This document shows positions 45,014 through 52,622 of a stretch of DNA of 64,000 nt, in pieces. Position 1 is the stretch's first letter. Each line of letters begins with the position of its first letter. The notes under the pieces were generated by a model, which saw only the letters and a list, made by a program, of their open reading frames with translations, was not told the origin of the DNA and did not search any database. This stretch comes from Solirubrobacterales bacterium. GTDB lineage: Bacteria; Actinomycetota; Thermoleophilia; Solirubrobacterales; Solirubrobacteraceae. A program made the translations under genes and the position numbers. The stretch covers positions 40,206-104,205 of the forward strand of contig JBBSIC010000001.1 in the NCBI GenBank assembly GCA_038232275.1, read 5' to 3'.

Positions 45014-45906
45014 TCTCCGTCGCCATCCCCACGCTCGACGGCGCCGCCGACCTCGAGCGCACGCTCACCGCGGTCCGCGCCCAGCGCGTCGAGGACGCGG
45101 TCGAGATCGTCGTGCTCGACTCGGAGTCCTGCGACGGCACGCGCGAGGTCGCCGCGCGCCACGGCGCCGCGGTCCACACGATCGCGCGAGCGACGTTCTC
45201 CCACGGCGGGGCGCGCAACCGGCTGATGGAGCTGACGGCCGGCGACCACGTCGCGTTCCTGACCCAGGACGCCGAGCCGGACGGGCCGGACTGGCTCGCG
45301 CGGCTGCGAGCGGGCTTTGCCCGCGGCGGGCGGGTCGGCCTGGTGTGCGGGCCCTACACGCCGCGCCCGGACGCCGGCGCGTCCGCGCGGCGCGAGCTCG
45401 CGGACTGGTTCGGCGCGATGCGCGACGGCGTCTACACCGCGGCGGACCTCGAAGATCCGCCGACGCCGGGCGCGACGACGTTCGCCTCCTCCGCGAATCT
45501 GTGCATTGCACGCGCGGCGTGGCGGGCGGTGCCGTTCCGCGCCGTCGCCTACGCCGAGGACCAGCGGCTGGCCCTCGACCTGCTGCGCGCGGGCTGGGAG
45601 AAGGTCTTCGATCCGGGCGCCGCGGTCATCCACTCCCACGCGTACCGGCCGGTCGCGCAGCTGCGGCGCTGGTTCGACGAGTTCCGCGCGCTGCACGAGC
45701 TCTACGGCTGGGTCGCGCCCGCGGACCCGCGCACGATCGCGGGCACGGTCCGCGCCGAGGTCCGCCGCGACCGGGCCGCCGGGGCGCCGCTCGGCGCCGC
45801 GACGGGCTACCAGCTCGGCCGCGCGGCGGCGGCGGCGGTTGGCACCCGCTCCGGCGCGCTGCCGCCCGCGGTCCGCCGGCGCCTCTCCCTCGAGGGCCGG
45901 GCGTGA
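45010..45906 (+). CDS. GT2 family glycosyltransferase; start codon uncertain (only CTG or ATT is available near the conserved N-terminus)
   Basis: LISVAIPTLDGAADLERTLTAVRAQ...IVVLDSESCDGT...FLTQDAEP is present. No in-frame ATG, GTG or TTG lies between 44881 and the beta-1 strand motif. CTG 45010-45012 overlaps the upstream TGA (CTGA). Confidence 0.65.
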   Translation: MISVAIPTLDGAADLERTLTAVRAQRVEDAVEIVVLDSESCDGTREVAARHGAAVHTIARATFSHGGARNRLMELTAGDHVAFLTQDAEPDGPDWLARLRAGFARGGRVGLVCGPYTPRPDAGASARRELADWFGAMRDGVYTAADLEDPPTPGATTFASSANLCIARAAWRAVPFRAVAYAEDQRLALDLLRAGWEKVFDPGAAVIHSHAYRPVAQLRRWFDEFRALHELYGWVAPADPRTIAGTVRAEVRRDRAAGAPLGAATGYQLGRAAAAAVGTRSGALPPAVRRRLSLEGRA

Positions 45907-48023
45907 GGCGCGGCGTCCTCATCGCGCTCGCCGCGGTCGCGGTCCTGCTCGTCGCCGGCATCGTGCCACAGCTCACGCACGGCACCCCGCGGCTGTCGGG
46001 CAGCAACGACGTCGAGCCGCTCGCGTTCGTCGCCGTCGCCGAGCACGGCGCCACCGTCTGCGAGGTCGAGACGCTGTTCGAGGGCACCGCGTCCGTGCGC
46101 GTGACGGTCGGCACCTACGGGAAGCCCGGCGGGCGCCTGGCCCTCGACGTCTCCAAGGGCGGAAGGACGCTGGCGCGCGGGAGCCTGCCGCGCTTTCGCG
46201 AGGGCGTCGTCGACATCCCCATCCGCCCCGTCCCCGAGACGAGCACCGCCGGCGCGACGTTCTGCCTGCGCCCGAGCGGCCAGAGGCTCGCCTTCGGCGG
46301 CGAGGGTCGCGACAACGACGCGCTCGTGCGCATCGGCGGCGTCCGCGTCAAGGCCCGCGTCAGCCTGAAGAGCCTGCGGGCCGGGAAGCCGAGCCTGCTC
46401 GGGTCGATCTCCGAGATCGCGAGCCGCTACGGCAGGGGCAACGCGCGCTGGCTGGGCGGCGGCGCCTGGGTCGCGATGGCCCTGCTGCTGCTCGGCGGCC
46501 TGGGGGCGGCCGCGGCCGCGCTCGTGGCGCGCGCTGGCGGGCCCAGCCGCTTTCCGCCCGCCGCGCGCCTGTGCGCGCTGGCCGCGGCGCTGGTCGGCAC
46601 GTGCTGGGCGCTATTGATCCCGCCCTTCCACGTGCCCGACGAGATCGCGCACGTGTCCTACGTGCAGGGCCTGGTCGAGACGGGGCACCTGCCCAAGACC
46701 AACGCGCAGCAGGCCTCCTACTCACAGCAGGAGATGCTGGTGCTCAGCTCCCTGCGCTTCTACGACGTCATTGGCTTCCCCGACGACAAGCCGCCGTGGA
46801 CGGCTCCGCAGGAGGCGACGGTCCGCAAGATCGAGGACGCCCGGCTGTCGCGCGACAGCCGCAACGCCGACACGGCCAGCAACAACCCGCCGCTGTACTA
46901 CCTCGCCGAGGCGCCGGTCTACGCCGCCACCCGCGGCGGCGACCTGCTCACCCAGCTGCTGCCGATGCGGCTGCTGTCGGTCCTGTTCGGCGTCGCCACG
47001 GTGTCGTTCGCGTTCCTGTTTCTGCGCGAGCTGCTGCCGCGCAGCCCGTGGCTGTGGCCGGCCGGGGCGCTCCTCGTCGCGCTGCAGCCCCTGTTCGGCT
47101 TCATCACGAGCGGCGTCAACGCGGACGCGCTGCTGTTCGCCTGCTCGGCCGGGACGCTGTGGCTGATGGCGGCCGTGCTGCGGCGCGGGCTGACGCGGCG
47201 CCGGGCGATCGCGCTCGGCGGGATGCTCGCCGCCGGCGTGCTCACCAAGCCTCTCTTTCTCGGCCTCGTGCCGGCCGCGCTGCTGGCGCTCGCCGTCAGC
47301 GGGTGGCGCGCCCGATCGGCCGAGGGCGTCCCGCTGCGCCGGTGGGCGGCGCTCGCCGCGGTGGCGCTCGCGGTGTTCGCGGTGCCGGTCGCCGCCTACG
47401 CGGGGCTCGGGGCGACCGTGCTCGACCACCCGTACTTCCAGCCCGGCACGAGCGCGAGCGCGCTCAGCGGCTCGGCGCAGCAGGCGGGCGCCAGGGCGCC
47501 GTCGCGCCGCGAGGAGGTCAGCTACATCTGGCAGCTCTTCCTGCCGCGGCTGCCGTTCTTGAGCGAGAAGTTCCCAGGGCCGCTGCCGCTCAAGGCGACG
47601 TGGCTCGGCGGCTTCGTCGGGCGCTTCGGCTGGCTCGACTACGGCTTCCCGGCCTGGGTGGTCGACATCGCCGGGTGGATCGGGCTCGCCGTCCTCGCCG
47701 CGGCGGTCGCCGGCCTCGTCCGGGCGCGGCGGGCGCTGCGCGCGCGGGTGCTCGAGCTCGGCTGCTACCTGGCCGCGGTCGCCGGGATCGTGCTCGTGAT
47801 CGGCTCCCAGCAGTACAACACCGTCGTCACCCACGGCGTCTCCAACTTCACCCAACCGCGCTACCTGCTGCCGCTGCTGGCGCTCTACGCCGGCCTCGTC
47901 GCCGTCGGCGTGCGCGCCTTCGGCCGCCGCGCCGGGCCCGTCGTCGCCGTGGTCGTCGTGGGCCTCGCGGCCTTCCACGAAATCTCGGCGATGCTGTTGA
48001 CCGTCGCCCGCTACTACGCCTGA
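45903..48023 (+). CDS. DUF2142-type polytopic membrane protein (GT-C-like) with a roughly 190-aa N-terminal extracytoplasmic extension
   Basis: It has a GTGA overlap with the upstream gene. FHVPDEIAHVSYV matches the PDE..H motif I associate with DUF2142. About 11 or more TM segments are visible. Confidence 0.7.
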   Translation: MRRGVLIALAAVAVLLVAGIVPQLTHGTPRLSGSNDVEPLAFVAVAEHGATVCEVETLFEGTASVRVTVGTYGKPGGRLALDVSKGGRTLARGSLPRFREGVVDIPIRPVPETSTAGATFCLRPSGQRLAFGGEGRDNDALVRIGGVRVKARVSLKSLRAGKPSLLGSISEIASRYGRGNARWLGGGAWVAMALLLLGGLGAAAAALVARAGGPSRFPPAARLCALAAALVGTCWALLIPPFHVPDEIAHVSYVQGLVETGHLPKTNAQQASYSQQEMLVLSSLRFYDVIGFPDDKPPWTAPQEATVRKIEDARLSRDSRNADTASNNPPLYYLAEAPVYAATRGGDLLTQLLPMRLLSVLFGVATVSFAFLFLRELLPRSPWLWPAGALLVALQPLFGFITSGVNADALLFACSAGTLWLMAAVLRRGLTRRRAIALGGMLAAGVLTKPLFLGLVPAALLALAVSGWRARSAEGVPLRRWAALAAVALAVFAVPVAAYAGLGATVLDHPYFQPGTSASALSGSAQQAGARAPSRREEVSYIWQLFLPRLPFLSEKFPGPLPLKATWLGGFVGRFGWLDYGFPAWVVDIAGWIGLAVLAAAVAGLVRARRALRARVLELGCYLAAVAGIVLVIGSQQYNTVVTHGVSNFTQPRYLLPLLALYAGLVAVGVRAFGRRAGPVVAVVVVGLAAFHEISAMLLTVARYYA

Positions 48024-48041
48024 CCGCGCGTACGCCGCCGG

Positions 48042-48485
48042 CTACAGGTCCACGACGCCGAGGTCCGGCAGGCGCCGGGCCAACAGCTCGGCGAGCTGGC
48101 GGCGGTGGCAGACGGCCGGCTCGGCCTCGAGGCACATGAGAACCGTGTGCGGCGCGCGGCCGTCGCCCAGTTCCGCGGCCAGCGCGTCGAGCGCGTCGGC
48201 GGCGTGCGCCTCGACGTGCTCGCGGAACAGGACGGCGCCCTCGTCGGAGCGCTTGTGCTTGAAGTACCAGCGGATGTCGGCCGGGGTGCCGAGCTCGCGG
48301 CGGTGCTCGTAGGCGATCTCGCGCTCGGCGAGCATGTCGGCGAGGCGCGTCTTGGACATGCCGGGCCGGCGCGACTGCGCCCGGTAGCGGACGTCGATCA
48401 GCCGCTCGATGGCGGCGGCCTCGAGCTCGTGCAGCAGCTCCGGCGGGAGCAGCCTCTCGTAGCCGATGGTCCAGAGCGTGGGCAC
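48042..48485 (-). CDS. DUF488 family protein
   Basis: The sequence is VPTLWTIGYERLLPPELLHELEAAAIERLIDVRYRAQSRRPGMSKTRLADML...AYEHRRELGTP...VLMCLEAEPAVCHR. Confidence 0.8.
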   Translation of the reverse strand: MPTLWTIGYERLLPPELLHELEAAAIERLIDVRYRAQSRRPGMSKTRLADMLAEREIAYEHRRELGTPADIRWYFKHKRSDEGAVLFREHVEAHAADALDALAAELGDGRAPHTVLMCLEAEPAVCHRRQLAELLARRLPDLGVVDL

Positions 48486-48509
48486 GCGCTGGACCCTACG
48501 CTGCGCCGG

Positions 48510-48944
48510 GTGCGCAGCCCGGCCGTCCTGGTGATCGCGGTGATGCTCGCCGGTTGCGGCGGCGTCGGCGCGCCGCGCTCGGATGAGGGCGAGGTCAAGG
48601 TCGCCGACGGCGTCCGCTCGATCTCGAAGACCGATCCGAAGACGAGCCTGCGCTTCGAGATCCAGACCGCGGGGCCATCGACGATGCTCACCATCGCGGC
48701 GACGAACACGCTGCCCGCCGGCGTGCGTACCCAGCTCGAGGGCAAGCGCATCTCCGCGACCTGCGCGGTCGCGGGCGTCACCGTCGCGCCGCCGCTGGCG
48801 CAGGCCTGGCCGGACCTCGCCACGCCCTTCCACACCACGCTGCAGACCAAGCGGCCGGTGCCGGTCGCCGACCGCGCGACGACCTGCACATTGCGGATCG
48901 CCGGGACCGCCGGCGCGCCGTTCTCGCAGGTGAAGCTGCGGTAA
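48510..48944 (+). CDS. Small lipoprotein (hypothetical)
   Basis: The lipobox is VLVIAVMLAGCGG. The mature part is beta-rich. The start is GTG 48510. Confidence 0.6.
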   Translation: MRSPAVLVIAVMLAGCGGVGAPRSDEGEVKVADGVRSISKTDPKTSLRFEIQTAGPSTMLTIAATNTLPAGVRTQLEGKRISATCAVAGVTVAPPLAQAWPDLATPFHTTLQTKRPVPVADRATTCTLRIAGTAGAPFSQVKLR

Positions 48945-49020
48945 CCGCGTCAGCGGGCGATGACGCGAGAGCGCGCCCGGCGCGTTCGCCGGCGAGATGA
49001 AGGCGCAGTCGCCAGCTGCG

Positions 49021-49473
49021 CTACGTCTGCAGGCCGTCCCATCCCCATCGCGGCATCGCGGCGCCCGGAGCAACCGCTGCGCCCTCGGGTGAGTAGGAGA
49101 GCACGTCGTCGACCGCCCACCGCATGTACGCGCGCAGGGCGGCGCGGAACGCGGGATCCTCAGGCAGCTCGGCGTCGTCCATCGCGCCGACGAAGCAGCT
49201 CAGAAAGCGCTCTCCGAGATCGCCCATGTCCCCGTTGCCGGCGTGCATGCGCAGCACACCCGCCTGGTCGCCGCAGGACTGCGAGTAGGCCGGCGGGCCA
49301 CCCATGACCTCCGCCCAGTAGGCGGCCAGCCGCTCGATGTGCTGCGGATGCTGGTCGTCGTGCGAAAACGGATGGTTGAGCTCGGCATCTGCGAGACAGC
49401 GCGCGTGGTGCGCCGCGGCGAGCGCCAGGAACGCGGTCTCCCCGCCGGCGAAGTCGAACAACGTGGGACGCAT
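49021..49473 (-). CDS. Truncated-hemoglobin-like (group II/YjbI-like globin) protein
   Basis: The sequence is MRPTLFDFAGGETAFLALAAAHHARCLAD...HIERLAAYWAEVMGGPPAYSQ...LRMHAGNG...FLSCFVGAMDD. The call rests on pattern only. Confidence 0.65.
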   Translation of the reverse strand: MRPTLFDFAGGETAFLALAAAHHARCLADAELNHPFSHDDQHPQHIERLAAYWAEVMGGPPAYSQSCGDQAGVLRMHAGNGDMGDLGERFLSCFVGAMDDAELPEDPAFRAALRAYMRWAVDDVLSYSPEGAAVAPGAAMPRWGWDGLQT

Positions 49474-49483
49474 CCGGTCCCGG

Positions 49484-49936
49484 CTAGCTCGAAGCCAGTC
49501 CTCGCAGCGCTGACGAGGGTGGCCCTGTCGTGGTGATCGGGTCTGCATGTCGATGTACGACCTTCCAGATGCCGTCCTCGGGTCGGAGGATGCTCGTGAC
49601 CCGCAACTCCATATCTGCGAGCTCGCCGCATCCGCAGGCATTGACCCGGAAGCGCTCTATCTCCATGATGTATGCGAGCTCGGGGGTCACCTGCTGCGCC
49701 AGTCGCTCGAAGCCGACCACCTCGCCGTCCGAGCCGTCCGCGAACTGCGCGCTCGCGCGCTCGATCGCCTGAGCGGCATCGGCCCACCCGCGAGCCACGA
49801 CGCCGGCGGGATTGACGAGGCTCACATCGTCCCCCCGGGAGAACACGGCCTTCTGCGGCTCGGGGTTTCCCCTGATGAACTCCCCCGCCGCAGCGTGATA
49901 GCGCTCGATCGCCGCATCCAGCTCACCGTCCGTCAT
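49484..49936 (-). CDS. NTF2-like (SnoaL/DUF4440-like) protein
   Basis: LDAAIERYHAAAGEFIRGNPEPQKAVFSRGDDVSLVNP...RVTSILRPEDGIWKVVHRHADP is present. Confidence 0.65.
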   Translation of the reverse strand: MTDGELDAAIERYHAAAGEFIRGNPEPQKAVFSRGDDVSLVNPAGVVARGWADAAQAIERASAQFADGSDGEVVGFERLAQQVTPELAYIMEIERFRVNACGCGELADMELRVTSILRPEDGIWKVVHRHADPITTTGPPSSALRGLASS

Positions 49937-49991
49937 CGGATGACTATATCCGGCCTCGACGCGCTGGAGACACCCGAGTACGGTCCGCTGC

Positions 49992-50873
49992 GTGGTCGCG
50001 CTCTCGCGTCAGTACGCCAAGCTCTGCGATGTCCGCGACTTCGACGACCCGGACCTGATCGCGAAGATCCACGAGGTCGACGGCCGCAGCCAGGCGAGCC
50101 CCGCCGACCGTCATCGCAAGGCATGGGAGTACGCGATGCTCGCCCTCTACCTGGAGGAGGCCGGAGCGCTCGGTGAGGACACGGACGTGCTCGCCGTCGC
50201 GGCCGGCCACGAGCCGCCGCTGTACTGGCTGGCGAACCGCTGCCGCAGCGTGCTGGCGACCGACGTCTACGGCGCCGGCGCCTTCGCCGGCCAGGAGGCC
50301 GACGCGCGGATGCTCGAGAACCCGGCGGCCTTCGCGCCGTTCGCCTACCGCGAGGATCGGCTCGAAGCCCGCTCGATGGACGCGCGCGCCATCGACGCGC
50401 CGGACGCGAGCTTCGACATCGTCACCTGCCTGTCCTCGATCGAGCACTTCGGCACGCCCGCGGAGATCCGGCGCAGCGCGGCGGAGATGGCGCGCGTGCT
50501 GCGCCCCGGCGGCCGGCTCGTGATCACGACCGAGCTGATCCTGCGCAAGCACCCGATGGACTGGCCGCCGCTGCAGGCGCTGCTGAAGACAATGTCCGGT
50601 GGCCGGATCTGCGCCGACGCCTCGCTCAGCGCGCGCCAGAACGACGGCTTCTGGCTGAGCGAGCTCCAGCGCGACGTCATCGATCCCACGGGGCTCGCGC
50701 TCGCCCAGCCGCTGCATACGGCGCTCAGCGAGGCCAGCTTCGAGCACGTCGTGCGCCAGGACCGCCACGGCCGGACCTGGACGCGCGACGGAGATCCTTT
50801 CCCGCACGTCGTCCTGCGCGCGTACGGAGCGCCATGGACGTCGGTCTTCCTGCCGCTCGCCGAGAGCGGCTAG
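49992..50873 (+). CDS. SAM-dependent methyltransferase (type 11-like)
   Basis: VLAVAAGHEPPLYWLANRCRSVLATD..., DASFDIVTCLSSIEHFGTPAE...VLRPGGRLVITTE is present. Confidence 0.7.
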   Translation: MVALSRQYAKLCDVRDFDDPDLIAKIHEVDGRSQASPADRHRKAWEYAMLALYLEEAGALGEDTDVLAVAAGHEPPLYWLANRCRSVLATDVYGAGAFAGQEADARMLENPAAFAPFAYREDRLEARSMDARAIDAPDASFDIVTCLSSIEHFGTPAEIRRSAAEMARVLRPGGRLVITTELILRKHPMDWPPLQALLKTMSGGRICADASLSARQNDGFWLSELQRDVIDPTGLALAQPLHTALSEASFEHVVRQDRHGRTWTRDGDPFPHVVLRAYGAPWTSVFLPLAESG

Positions 50874-50876
50874 CGC

Positions 50877-51728
50877 CTACGGCCGGACGAACGTGTCCGG
50901 GTCCGGCCCGATGCGCTCGCCGCGGTCGAGTGCCGCGATCGCCTCCATGTCCTCGCCGGTGAGCTCGAAGCCGAAGATGTCGAAGTTCTCCCGGATGCGC
51001 TCGGGGGTCACCGACTTCGGGAACACGACGTTGCCGAGCTGCAGGTGCCAGCGCAGGACGACCTGCCCGGGCGTGCGACCGTGGGCGTCGGCGATGTCGA
51101 CGAGGACCTGGTCGCCGAGCACCTCGCCCTGGGCCAGGGGGCTCCAGGCCTCGGTGACGATGCCGCGGTCGGCGTGCTCGCGCCGCAGGCCGCCCTGCTG
51201 CATGTAGGGGTGGAGCTCGACCTGGTTGACCACCGGAACGACGCCGGTCTCCTCGACCAGGCGCGCGAGGTGCGCCGCCTGGAAGTTCGAGACGCCGATG
51301 GAGCGCACGACGCCCTCCTCGCGCAGTTCGATCAGCGCCTTCCAGGTCTCCACGTACTTGTCCGCCGACGGCACGGGCCAGTGGACCAGGTAGAGGTCGA
51401 CGAACTCGAGCCCGAGCCGCTCGTAGCTGGCCTTGAAGGCGGCCTTGGCCTGCTCGTGGCCGTGGTCGGTGTTGAACAGCTTGGTCGTGACGAAGACGTC
51501 GTCGCGGTCCAGGCCCGAGGCGTGGATGGCCTGACCGACCCCGCCCTCGTTGCCGTAGGCGCTCGCCGTGTCGATGTGGCGGTAGCCGACGTCGAGCGCC
51601 TGCGTGACGACCTCGGCCGTGTCCTCGGGCGGGACCTGAAAGACCCCGAAGCCGAGCTGGGGGATCTGCGTGCCGTCTGAGAGCGCGACGGCCGGGACCT
51701 GGGTGGCGGAGGAGCCGGAGAAAGTCAT
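50877..51728 (-). CDS. Aldo/keto reductase (2,5-diketo-D-gluconate reductase-like)
   Basis: IPQLGFGVFQV, HIDTASAYGNE (Tyr), VTTKL (Lys), LYLVHWP (His) and SIGVSNF are present. Confidence 0.92.
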   Translation of the reverse strand: MTFSGSSATQVPAVALSDGTQIPQLGFGVFQVPPEDTAEVVTQALDVGYRHIDTASAYGNEGGVGQAIHASGLDRDDVFVTTKLFNTDHGHEQAKAAFKASYERLGLEFVDLYLVHWPVPSADKYVETWKALIELREEGVVRSIGVSNFQAAHLARLVEETGVVPVVNQVELHPYMQQGGLRREHADRGIVTEAWSPLAQGEVLGDQVLVDIADAHGRTPGQVVLRWHLQLGNVVFPKSVTPERIRENFDIFGFELTGEDMEAIAALDRGERIGPDPDTFVRP

Positions 51729-51788
51729 AGGGGGCGCCTTCCCGGCAGATCGACCGGCAAACGCGCCTCGCTAGGCTGGCGCACCCGA

Positions 51789-52622
51789 ATGACGGCCGCC
51801 GCCCCCTCTCTCGGCGACCGCGTCGCGGCGCTCGACTGGTATCACGTGCTCGAGCTGCCGGGCGGGGTCGTCACGCGCGGGCACTTCGATCCGCGCCGCA
51901 TCGTCTCCAAGGTCCCGCTCCCGGCCTCGCTGGCCGGCAAGCGCTGCCTGGACGTCGGGACCTGGGACGGCTTCTGGGCGTTTGAGATGGAGCGCCGCGG
52001 CGCGCGCGAGGTCGTCGCCGTCGACCTGCCCGAGCCGGCGCAGTGGGACTGGCCCGCGAGCGGCAGCGCCGACGTCCAGGCCGCCCAACAGCAATACCTG
52101 ATCAAGGTCAAGAACGGCAGCGAGGGCTTCCAGGTCGCGCGTTCGGCGCTCGGCTCGACCGTCGACCGCCGCATGCTGTCGGTCTACGACCTGTCCCCCG
52201 AGCTGGTCGGCGAGTTCGACTTCGTCTTCCTCGGCACCCTGCTCATGCACCTGCGCGATCCCGTCGGCGCGCTGATGGCGCTGCGCGGCGTCTGCAGCGG
52301 CGAGGCCGTGATCGCCGACGGCATCGAGGCCATCCCCTCCTACCTGCGGCCCAACACGCCGATCGCCCGCCTGGAGGGCGACTCCGAGCCGTGGTGGTGG
52401 CAGCCCAACCGCGCCGGCCTGCACCGCATGGTCCAGGCCGCGGGCTGGACGATCGAGCAGGCCAGCGGCGTCTACTACCTGCCGACGGGCCCGGCGCATC
52501 CCAAGCCGCCAGTCTCCGCGGCGATGCTCAAGGCCGCCCTGTCGGCCCGGGGCCGCGAGCGGCTGCTGATCCGCTTCTTCGGCGTGCCGCACGCCGCCGT
52601 GCGCGCGCGCCCGGCGCGATGA
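51789..52622 (+). CDS. SAM-dependent methyltransferase (CmoB/DUF1698-like N-terminal pattern)
   Basis: LDWYHVLELPGGVVTRGHFDPR...GKRCLDVGTWDGFWAFEMERRGAREVVAVD...FDFVFLGTLLMHLRDP is present. Confidence 0.75.
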   Translation: MTAAAPSLGDRVAALDWYHVLELPGGVVTRGHFDPRRIVSKVPLPASLAGKRCLDVGTWDGFWAFEMERRGAREVVAVDLPEPAQWDWPASGSADVQAAQQQYLIKVKNGSEGFQVARSALGSTVDRRMLSVYDLSPELVGEFDFVFLGTLLMHLRDPVGALMALRGVCSGEAVIADGIEAIPSYLRPNTPIARLEGDSEPWWWQPNRAGLHRMVQAAGWTIEQASGVYYLPTGPAHPKPPVSAAMLKAALSARGRERLLIRFFGVPHAAVRARPAR

